DNA from: a virus
Virus record (IMG/VR): IMGVR_UViG_3300013286_000013
Span: 1-64,000 of that record
Strand: one strand, 5' to 3'
Length of the DNA stretch: 64,000 nucleotides
Shown in pieces: positions 38,774-48,500 of the stretch. A program made the translations under genes and the position numbers. The notes under the pieces are model-generated. The model ran no database searches, was not told the DNA's origin, and saw nothing but the letters and a program-made list of their open reading frames with translations. Numbering within the stretch: position 1 is the first letter of the stretch; each line of letters starts with the position of its first letter.

Positions 38774-38779
38774 TAAATA
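38774..38779 (+). promoter_or_regulatory. Putative late promoter (TAAATA)
   Basis: Directly after the capsid terminator, ~75 nt upstream of ATG 38856. Confidence 0.65.
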
Positions 38780-38855
38780 CACTGTCCAATCCGGACTTGT
38801 TGCGGTTTCCATCCGCGCAGTGGCTAGAACCCACATACATTAAGGAGAAATTAAA

Positions 38856-39398
38856 ATGGCAAAAGGTATGAAAATCGCGAGAGCAAATAGTCTACAAGTA
38901 GACCAAACAATCAGCCCAATTCAGTTTACGTATGCCGCAAGCACATCATCAAGTGCTACTGTATATCGTGGCGGTACAGGCGGATTTACATCAGGCACAA
39001 CAAGTCTAGTAATTTTAACAAATTACAAAACTGCCGCAGGTGTTGCAAAAAGTGACGGACAAATTACTCGTCAACGTGGAGCTTATCAGTTTATGTGTCA
39101 AAGCATTGCTGGTGGTGCCGCAACACTGACACGTTGTACATTAGTTGGCGGTGCAAGCCAGCCAACATTGGCCGCAAGTCAAATGTCTATTAAAGCAGTT
39201 AGTCCAACTGGCATATTGTTTTATGCAACACGTATTACAGATCGCTATGTCTGGAATGGCACAACACGTTATCCATATGTGCTAGGTACAACAGCCGCTG
39301 TAACATACGTTGATTCAACATCAACAACTGGCGTTGTACTTACAAATTCTGTAGGTGGAACAGCAGACGACGTCTACGCAATCGTAGAAGGCGCTTAA
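38856..39398 (+). CDS. Virion structural protein (possible head decoration protein)
   Basis: Strong SD TAAGGAG, own promoter and terminator, immediately after the capsid gene; Thr/Ala/Gly-rich. Confidence 0.65.
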   Translation: MAKGMKIARANSLQVDQTISPIQFTYAASTSSSATVYRGGTGGFTSGTTSLVILTNYKTAAGVAKSDGQITRQRGAYQFMCQSIAGGAATLTRCTLVGGASQPTLAASQMSIKAVSPTGILFYATRITDRYVWNGTTRYPYVLGTTAAVTYVDSTSTTGVVLTNSVGGTADDVYAIVEGA

Positions 39399-39400
39399 TT

Positions 39401-39426
39401 AAAAGGACTCTTGGGAGTCCTTTTTT
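39401..39426 (+). terminator. Intrinsic terminator (possibly bidirectional)
   Basis: AAAAGGACTC-TTGG-GAGTCCTTTT-TT. Confidence 0.9.
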
Positions 39427-39428
39427 GT

Positions 39429-39698
39429 ATGCTAGAAATAAAATCAAGTCTCGACTGGAATTCCGTAGAAACAGAAATTAAACGCCTTGGTAAAATGCTA
39501 CCAATGTTCCAGCACGATATTAAACGACTGTGTGATACTGTGCGTCCCGAAATTGCAAAACTAAGTAATTTAGAAGTAGATCACAGGCGAGCGCACAGTA
39601 CAGCTACACACAGATATTGCCAACAGCAAGTCCAAAAAATCAACGAAACTCTAAAACTTTTTCAGAAATTCCATTTAATGGCCTTACTTGCTCAGTAG
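39429..39698 (+). CDS. Hypothetical helical protein
   Basis: MLEIKSSLDWNSVETEIKRL... The track start (TTG 39411) is inside the terminator loop, so ATG 39429 is more plausible. Confidence 0.6.
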   Translation: MLEIKSSLDWNSVETEIKRLGKMLPMFQHDIKRLCDTVRPEIAKLSNLEVDHRRAHSTATHRYCQQQVQKINETLKLFQKFHLMALLAQ

Positions 39699-39699
39699 G

Positions 39700-39705
39700 T
39701 AAATA
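39700..39705 (+). promoter_or_regulatory. Putative late promoter (TAAATA), 5 nt before an ATG
   Basis: GG-TAAATA-ctggt-ATG(39711); no SD. Confidence 0.6.
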
Positions 39706-39710
39706 CTGGT

Positions 39711-40385
39711 ATGCCAGAATTTTTCTATCCACGTTCAATAGTACAATATGCAGAATACCCTGAGATAAACGTCAGCTGGTCTAACAACCAAAGCAATCAC
39801 ACAATAGTTGATACTCCTAGTTATAATCTCAATGATCCAACTACTGGTGCTGGAAGTTATAATGTAATTGGTACAACAAAACCTTTAACACATGTTGCAA
39901 ATCCCACACGTGGACCTAAGTTAGACAAGACATATTATTTGAAATGCACTAATTTCAACATAGGAAATCTGCCTAATACAGTAACAGGAATAACACTACA
40001 TATCAGTAGTCAACGTAATCAAAAGATCATAGACGAAACCATCTGTTTGATTTATGATGGCGAAATCATCAGTGATAATAAAACAAATCTTTCAGCAGGA
40101 CACTACGGAGTTGAAGGACACATGAAGATTGAAAACGAAGCATCTTATGGAGGTCCTGGAGATTTATGGGGAGCTACCATTACCAAAACCATGCTTCAAG
40201 ATTCAAAATTTGGAGTACTGTTGAGATTCAGCAGTAACCCAATGCGTCCCCATAAAGAAGGGATGTCAATATATCAAATCGTTCTCGAAGTAGGCCCTAA
40301 CAATTATTTTGTTTTTGAAGAAAATTTTGGTACTGAATTCGTTACAGAAGATGCAACGAATGAGTTAGTTTTTGTTAACGAGTAA
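39711..40385 (+). CDS. Hypothetical late/virion protein
   Basis: 224-aa ORF with YGGPGDLWG motif, in the structural cluster. Confidence 0.7.
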   Translation: MPEFFYPRSIVQYAEYPEINVSWSNNQSNHTIVDTPSYNLNDPTTGAGSYNVIGTTKPLTHVANPTRGPKLDKTYYLKCTNFNIGNLPNTVTGITLHISSQRNQKIIDETICLIYDGEIISDNKTNLSAGHYGVEGHMKIENEASYGGPGDLWGATITKTMLQDSKFGVLLRFSSNPMRPHKEGMSIYQIVLEVGPNNYFVFEENFGTEFVTEDATNELVFVNE

Positions 40386-40388
40386 AAA

Positions 40389-40394
40389 TAAATA
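40389..40394 (+). promoter_or_regulatory. Putative late promoter (TAAATA)
   Basis: TAAATA, then AAAGGA SD and ATG 40415. Confidence 0.55.
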
Positions 40395-40414
40395 AAGGGT
40401 AAAGGAATAATCAT

Positions 40415-41440
40415 ATGACTACAAATGTCGTTCGCGTACCGGGTAATTATGTAATACAAGCGTCACCTACTATCACGCTGGATCCCAGCGGAGGTACAGG
40501 CCTTAATACTGGTACCGTAGTCATTACTGGTAGTCTTAGTGTGCTAGGAAAAACAACAACTGTTGCGTCTACCAATGCACAAATCAAAGACAACGTATTA
40601 GTTTTAAACGCAGGCGAAACTAATTCATATGTTACGCTGGGTACTTCTGGATTTATTATTGACCGAGGTAACGAGGCAAATTTATCAAATGCCGCTTCTC
40701 TTTTATATAATGATCAAGCAGGGCTTGACGGATTTACATGGCATACTTCGGATATCTCTGGAAGAGGTATTTTTGAATTCAAAGTCGCGGGCGGTGTAAG
40801 TGCCATACGTGTAAATGCAATTCGCATAGATGAAAACTCTGCTCCGCGAGTAGGTGGCTATCCTAGATTAAACTTTTTTGGAAGCGACAACTCCGGTGCT
40901 GTTATCAGTGTTGCCGGAACAGCAAACTACGAAACTCGTGTTATTGACAAAGACGATATTCCGAACAAAGCATACGTTGACATTCAAATTGCGGCAAACC
41001 AATCATCTGTTGACAATATTAGAAAAATTAAACAAGGTCCCGCAGGATCTGAAACTTTTGTACAGCTAAATGACATAAGTGTAACAGGACAACCTAGCAA
41101 TATCGTATTAGGTATTAATCAATTACCTGTTGCAACTATTAGTCAAGGATCGGTATTGTTTCCAGGATTGGCATTTACCAATCAAACTATTACAGCGTTA
41201 TCAGGTAGTGGAACGGCTGATCTTTACCTAGAACCAACAGGCAGTGGATCTGTTATCTTGCGTAAGGCACTGCGTATTACCAATCAAAACTTGCCTCCAA
41301 TATCAAATACAAACACAACTGCGATTTACACAACAGGAATCGTAGGAGCAGGTGGCACGGGAATCTATTACTTAAATAGTCTAGCATCGGGAGAATTCAT
41401 ATCTCGCAAACGTGCTATCATTTACGGATTAATATTTTAA
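40415..41440 (+). CDS. Virion structural protein (fibre-associated)
   Basis: VITGSLSVLGKTTTVASTNAQIKDNVLVLNAGE and DDIPNKAYVD are fibre-type motifs. Confidence 0.7.
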   Translation: MTTNVVRVPGNYVIQASPTITLDPSGGTGLNTGTVVITGSLSVLGKTTTVASTNAQIKDNVLVLNAGETNSYVTLGTSGFIIDRGNEANLSNAASLLYNDQAGLDGFTWHTSDISGRGIFEFKVAGGVSAIRVNAIRIDENSAPRVGGYPRLNFFGSDNSGAVISVAGTANYETRVIDKDDIPNKAYVDIQIAANQSSVDNIRKIKQGPAGSETFVQLNDISVTGQPSNIVLGINQLPVATISQGSVLFPGLAFTNQTITALSGSGTADLYLEPTGSGSVILRKALRITNQNLPPISNTNTTAIYTTGIVGAGGTGIYYLNSLASGEFISRKRAIIYGLIF

Positions 41441-41449
41441 GGACAGGAC

Positions 41450-41779
41450 ATGGCAATAACAAGCAAACAAATAACAGTAGCTGGGAACCCTCCAACACAG
41501 GTATACCAATCGAGTGGACAGAACGCAATCACTACCATGATCATCTGCAACACTTCAACATTAGTCAACACATTGATTGATATATATGTGGTATCAGCAG
41601 TAAGTGGATTTGCCGTTGGCCCGCAGACTCAAATTATCAATCAAGTACCAGTTCCTGCTACAGAGTCTTTTGTAATGGATACTGAAAAATTTATCTTAGA
41701 AGATCAGGATAGCATCAGCGTTAGATCAAGTGCTGCCGGAGCTATCACTGTGACAATAAGTACCGTGAGTACAGCCTAA
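41450..41779 (+). CDS. Small virion structural protein (paralogue of 51464-51850)
   Basis: QVYQSSGQNAITTMIICN...VPATESFVMDTEKFILEDQDSI pattern shared with 51464-51850. Confidence 0.7.
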   Translation: MAITSKQITVAGNPPTQVYQSSGQNAITTMIICNTSTLVNTLIDIYVVSAVSGFAVGPQTQIINQVPVPATESFVMDTEKFILEDQDSISVRSSAAGAITVTISTVSTA

Positions 41780-42495
41780 TGAAATTCGTTAAACGTCTAG
41801 TCTTAAACAAATATCGTCCATCGAGTCAAAACTTTGTTGTTGAAATTAATGGAAAAGTCGTTACAGATTCTAAAGCAGAATTGCAACTTCCTTCCGGCTC
41901 TACAGCCCAGCGAGCAGAGACTTTTAACAACGGCCAGATTAGATACAATAAAGATTTCAATGAAATTGAAGCATACATAAATGGCGCTTGGGAGTTTTTA
42001 AGAACTCGTAGACAAGGTAACGTACAGTTTCAAACAGTGGGCACTGGCGATTATGTAAACTCAGTTTACGGGCCACTCAGTGTTCGCCTAGATCAAACAA
42101 AACCACAAAACGTAATGCTGTATGTTGAAAATGTATTTCAAGTCCCTACAGTAAATTACACATTGGTAAATGACTTTGTGCAGACAAAAGCCACTGTTGG
42201 TGTAACAAATCCGGGAGTTACAAATATTACTCTTGTTGATAAACTTGACATACAAGTAGGATCAGCAGTGGGAGGCGATGTAGGAATTGCTCCGGGAACA
42301 ACCGTTCTCAGCGTGAGTACAAATACAAATGCAGTACGTCTAAGCTCTGCAACACTAGGGATTGTCAACGCAGGATCATTCTTGACATTTACTTTCTCAA
42401 CAGGAACTTATGCTGTATTCACCAGCCCTGTTCCAGCCAAGCCTATATACGCAATCCTTGGATTTGACGGTTACTATCCTCCTTTTAATACTTAA
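41779..42495 (+). CDS. Virion structural protein
   Basis: LQLPSGSTAQR...GQIRYN...EAYINGAW and LYVENVFQVP are motifs common in phage fibre/baseplate proteins. Confidence 0.7.
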   Translation: MKFVKRLVLNKYRPSSQNFVVEINGKVVTDSKAELQLPSGSTAQRAETFNNGQIRYNKDFNEIEAYINGAWEFLRTRRQGNVQFQTVGTGDYVNSVYGPLSVRLDQTKPQNVMLYVENVFQVPTVNYTLVNDFVQTKATVGVTNPGVTNITLVDKLDIQVGSAVGGDVGIAPGTTVLSVSTNTNAVRLSSATLGIVNAGSFLTFTFSTGTYAVFTSPVPAKPIYAILGFDGYYPPFNT

Positions 42496-42498
42496 TGG

Positions 42499-42504
42499 TA
42501 AATA
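42499..42504 (+). promoter_or_regulatory. Putative late promoter (TAAATA) for the 2,951-aa gene
   Basis: GG-TAAATA followed by a ~90-nt hairpin-rich leader and GAGGAG SD. Confidence 0.65.
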
Positions 42505-42594
42505 TATGTGATGCTGATTGCCAGCAGAACATACTGTGGTAAACCCGCAATGTAAGGTGGTTATCCGTGTAACACGGTGTATTGAGGAGCTTCT

Positions 42595-45500
42595 ATGGCC
42601 GTAGGTCGAATTACAGGCCCGTTACTTGCAAGTAATTTGCTACGTGACGGTATAAACTTAGCAGTTGAAACCAACTTGCTCTATCTTGATGTGACAACAG
42701 GTCGCATCGGCATTAAGACGAACTCTCCGCAATACGATCTAGATGTAAATGGAACGGCCAATGTTGGCAGTATAATTGTTTTAAACACATCTACACTCGG
42801 TCTACTAACAGTCACAAAAACCGCAAGTAGCGGTACTATTGGATCTACACTAGGTCCCATTCACATAAAGCCTGCCCCTGGTAACGAAATTAAATTAGAT
42901 GCTGATACTCTAGTAAGTGGAAATCTACATGCTACGGGCGATATCACAGCAGATGGCAACATTGTTCTAGGCAATCAACTAGGTGTTGATACTCTAACAG
43001 TTGGCGCAGAATTCCTTTCAAGCCTAATTCCAAAAACTCCAGGGACATATAATGTTGGCTCTCCCACTAACAATTGGAAAGATGGTTACTATCAACAGAT
43101 ACAAGCCGGTAACCTAAGAGCCTACGGTAGTACGATTACCAATCTATTAGCCAGTCAAGGCATTAGTATAGAACCCAAAGGCGGTCCGCTAAATGTCTAC
43201 GGTGAAATTCGCGTATGGGGACAAAATCCTTTAGGCACATCACCAGTAACAAAAAATCTACTGTATGTAACTGAAGATGGTAGTGATACCAACGACGGCG
43301 GAGCCATGGATCCAAGTCGTGCTTGCCGTACAGTAAGTGGTGCAACTAAGAGTCCTTTATACAAAGAAGGTACAAGCATTAAAGTTTCGCCAGGTCTGTA
43401 TAGAGAAAATAATCCCATCCTGATGAAACAATACACATCAGTAATTGGTTCAGATCTACGTACAACACTTATTGAACCAATGAACAAGACTCAAGATCTA
43501 TTCCACGTTCAATCAGGTTGTTACGTTGCACAGCTGATGATGTACAACGGCCGATCAGGAAGATTTCCTGGTGGTCCTGGTTATGCCCCCGGCACCAATA
43601 GAGGTGCCTATGCCACAGCATTTCCACCACAGGTTAACGGAACAAAGATTGACCTGTTCCACTCGCCATACATTCAAAACTGTACCAACCAATCAGGTCC
43701 TTGGTTATATGACGGCACAATGTTTGTGCCTAACCAAACAATCCAAATTCCAGAAGCTGTCGGAACAGCTACATATCCTTCAAACACAACAACATTTACT
43801 GTTACTTTAAGTACAGGATCTATCTATGTTGGCCAGTCGATCAACGGAGGGCCACCTGATCCTGGATTTCAAAATGCTCGAACACTGTTGTTGGCCAACA
43901 AGGCATTTATTCAAGAACAAACAGTTGCCTATGTTGATCAAACATACGGCGGCCCATTCCAATATAATGCAGTTAAGTGCGCCCGTGATACAGGATTGAT
44001 TGTTGACGGCCTAGGACTGGACTTGATCTATCAAGGTACAAGTCAATCAGTGTTCTCTGGTTTGCAATACTGGAATCAAACTGCTACTCCGACTCAGATT
44101 CCTGGAGAAGCAACAACAACCACAAACGCATTTAACTATATCAGCGGTCTTGCACAGCAGATTGTTAGAAATATTGTAATTGCGGCACCTTATCAAAATA
44201 CTCTAACACAGGTGACAAATCTTCCAGCCGGAGCAGTTGGTGATTCTACTCGAGTAGGATCGTTGTTTACAACTGTGACCAATATCATTACCTACGGTAC
44301 GGCTGGAATCACAGATAAGATTATCCCTAACGGTACTACTATTACTTCTAACACCAGTACCGTTGCCGCATATAATTTGTTACAGGCAAATAAGAATTTC
44401 TTAAAGTCAGAAGTAATTGCATGGATTACTGTTTTTAGTCCCGGCAGTTTTATCTACGATAAAAACAAGTGTAAAAGAGATCTTGGATATATCATAGACA
44501 GCATATCTTTTGATTTGCTACGTGGCGGAAATAGACAAGCTATTCAGGCTGGTACTCTATACTACGGGTACAGTAGCACCACTGCTATTCCTAATGAAAT
44601 TGCACAGACAACCATGGCTTATCAGTACATGAAGTCTGTGATTAGCTCAGTTGTTCAAAGCCAAAAGTTGGTGTCATTTTATCAGAGCGAAATTCCACAA
44701 GTATTAGATAATGTTAATCCTGGGTCAGCCGCCGCCGCAACAACTATCAGTTCTAATATTGATCTTATTACTCGATTAATTACAGTAGGACCAGCGGCTG
44801 CTCCTAGTCTAGTTCCTATCAGCTTAACTCAAACTTCAACAGCTGGACTATTAAATGCCTATGCATTGCTAAATGCAAATAAGAATTTTATCAAGGCAGA
44901 GGTTGTTGCCTATACAAATAGTCTACCTAACTTTGTTTACAATCAAGAAAAATGTAAAAGAGATATTGGTATTATTTTGGAAAACGTCAGCTTTGATGCA
45001 CTGTTTGGAGGCAATGCCAAGGCTATCGAATCTGGGCTTGCTTATTTTGACGGAGTAAATTCTGTAATTGCTGGACAAGAAACACAGAGTGTTGGTGCGA
45101 TCAATTATGTTAAATCATTGACCAACACAATTATTAATAACATGCGGGCTCCTAATTTAATAGGAACTACAGCAACGCATGCACAAGTTATTAATTATGC
45201 ATTTCCTGGCGGAAGTGTAGCACAAGACTCTTTAGACAATGCCTACGACACTATTACAAATATAATCAATAATGGTCCAAGCGTTGCCCCAGAAAGTTTC
45301 TTAGGTTGCGCACCTGATCCTCATTATATGAGTGCAGAAATTCTGCTACAGACCAACAGAGCATTTATACAAGAAGAAGTAGTTACATATTTAAATAATC
45401 AATTCTTACCGTTCTCATTCAACTCAGCTAAGTGCTATCGCGATAGTGGACTAATTGTTGATTCAATCGCATTGGATTTATTATTCCCAACTGCAACAGA

Positions 45501-48500
45501 CAGTCAAAGCAATTTTGCTGGACTACAATATTGGTCACAAAGCAGTTATACAGGATTGATTGCATCTCAAATAACTACCACTACCAACTCTATCAGCTAT
45601 CTAAGTAGCCTAGCACAGAAGATTATTTTAAATGACACGTCCGGTCCGCGTTACCAGTCAACGTCGGCACAAAATACATCAGTGGCTTCTAGCACTGCTG
45701 AAGTTGCCACTAAAATTGGTACAAACTTTAATTTAATTTTAGACATTTTAAACAATGGCACTGTTGGAATAACTGACAAGATAGTTCCTAGCGGATTAGC
45801 AACGAATGATCCTAGAATAGTCCATGCCTACACTCAGTTGCAAAATAACAAAGGTTATCTGCAAGACGAAGTCATTGCGTTTATAACATCAACAACTTCA
45901 GGATTTACCTACGATCAGACCAAGTGCCGACGCGATGTTGGTTACATGATTGATAGTATCAGCTTTGATTGTCTATATGGCGGGAATCGTCAGAGCATTA
46001 CATCAGGCATCAACTACTATAGTCACAATGCCCTGTCTTCCGTGCAGACTCCTGCAGAAACTACAGCAACTATAGCCGCATATACTCGTCTAAGTGACAT
46101 TGTTTCGGGGATTATTACAGCAACTCCCATAGCTCGAAGCGATAATAACATCATTGATCAAGTTATAGATCTTCCGCCTGCGACCAGTGCAGAAGTCACT
46201 CTAGCAAGAGCCAAGATTGCTAAGATATCTAGTATTATTACCACTGGCCCGTCAGCGGCATCGGCAACAGCTTCTATAAGCCTAACGCCAAGCGCAGATG
46301 AAAATGTTAAACGTGCCTATGCATTGTTAGAAGCCAACAGAAATTTTATTGCAAATGAGTTGGTACAGTTTGCACAAAATACCTACAATGGTGGTGGTTT
46401 CCAATATAATCAAGCCAAGTGCTCGCGTGATACAGGTTTAATAGTTGACGGATTTATAACTGACCTAGGATGGTCTACCAATGGCTACACCAATACCATA
46501 TTTTCAGGATTGCAATATTGGAACCAGTCAGGGTTCACAGGTCAAATAGTTGGCCAATTAACCACAACTACCAATGCAATTAACTATGTAAAAACAATGG
46601 CTAAAGAAGCTGTTGTTAACACAGTAGGAACACGTTATCAAAGCACAGTTACTCAACAGATTAATTTGCCTTCAGCAACACTATCTGAAGCCAGCACACT
46701 AGACATTGAGTTTAAAATAATAACCGATATTTTAAGTACAGGTACTGTTGGTATATCAGACAAGGTTGTTGCTAACGGCTTAGCTATTGTTTCGTCTAAT
46801 GCTCAAAATGCCTATAATATATTGCAGGTCAACAAGACATATTTCCAAGCTGAAGCAATAGCATATATTGATTCAACTAAGACAGCTGGCTTTATCTACG
46901 ATAAAGTTAAATGTTCTCGAGATGTAGGCTACATGATCGACTCTGTCTGTTTTGATCTGCTATGGGGCGGCAACAGACAGGCAATTACCAGTGGTGTCTA
47001 CTACTATTCATTCAATGGCTCGTCTAGTATTCCCGGAGAAAGTCAACAGACTATTTCGGCATATCAGCGGCTAGGGGAAATACTTGGAGACATTATTACC
47101 AATTCTCCAATACAGAACAGTCCGGGAAATATAACTGCCCAGCAATTTAACAGTTCTCCGTCAATCATTGAAACAGCCTCAGCATTGAATGCCATGGTTG
47201 CCTTGTTATTAGATATCATAAACAACGGTCCTTCAGCAGTCAGCAGACAAATACCAGTGGGCTTGACTCGCAATACAGATCAGAACATTCTCAACGCTCA
47301 GACACTGTTGTTGTTGAATAGACAATTTATTAGAGATGAGATAATTGCCTACGTCAACAGTACATTCCCTAACTACCAAGGCAATAAAGGTTTTAATTAC
47401 GATCAGGCAAAGTGTTATCGTGACACAGGTTTGATCATTGATGCAATTAGTCAAGATTTATTAGTGGGCGGAAATAGAAAAATCATTGAAGCCGGTGTGA
47501 GTTATTGGACCGGTGGTCGAAATGTTGTTTACGATCAGCTTCCACAATTTAATGCCGCACTGACCTACATCAAAGATTTATCAAGACAGATTGTACAAAA
47601 TATAACAGTTACATCGTTAAGTGCCGCACCGCAAAAACTCAATACATATTTTGGCGGCGGTATATATGCAATTGATAGTATTAACAGATTGGTAGAAACA
47701 TTTAGAACTATCGTTACTAAAGGTCCTGCCTACTCTCCAATCGGCTACGAAGGATCAGGTGCGTTTTCTGCACTGAGCCCAACCAGTGCTGACTTTACTC
47801 AAGTGGCATCTACAATATTACAAGCAGACCTAGTCGGAGCTAATCAATATAAAATCATATTGAATGTTCCTACACAAGGTCCTGGCATTAACCAAACTAT
47901 ATACTTTGGTCAAACATCTGTTTATCCGTTGCAAGATAAGGATGTTCCGGATATCTACGAACAACGAAAAGTTGATCCGTGGGGTTCTATCGGCGGAAGC
48001 CTGGTAGACGGTGGTGTAATTAGTGATCGATCACCGATTCAGTCTTTTGTTTATGATGCGTTTACGCAGGTTAACCAAGGCGGCATCGGTATTCACATTA
48101 CAAACAATGGATATGCACAGTTGGTATCTGTGTTTACAATTTTCTGCGGTACTTCAGTATTGGTCGAAAACGGCGGTATCTGTTCGATTACCAACTCAAA
48201 CGCCAACTTTGGTGACTACTGTCTAGTATCAAAGGGCTATGGTAAGCGTAGCTTCTTTGGCGAAGTTACTAATCCGGCGGTACTGCCATACTATCCAAAC
48301 GGCTTCTTTCCGCAGGCTCAACAGGTTGAAGTATACTGTCCTGACCCTGCTAATCGTCCGCACATTGGACAAGTTATGGAAGTTGAAGTTCCGGAAACCT
48401 ATCGAAATGCACAGGGACTACCTGGATACCTTTCTGCTATTGTCAATACATCTACGCTGACTACTGGTAGTATTGTGATAAATGGCATCGACACTACCGG

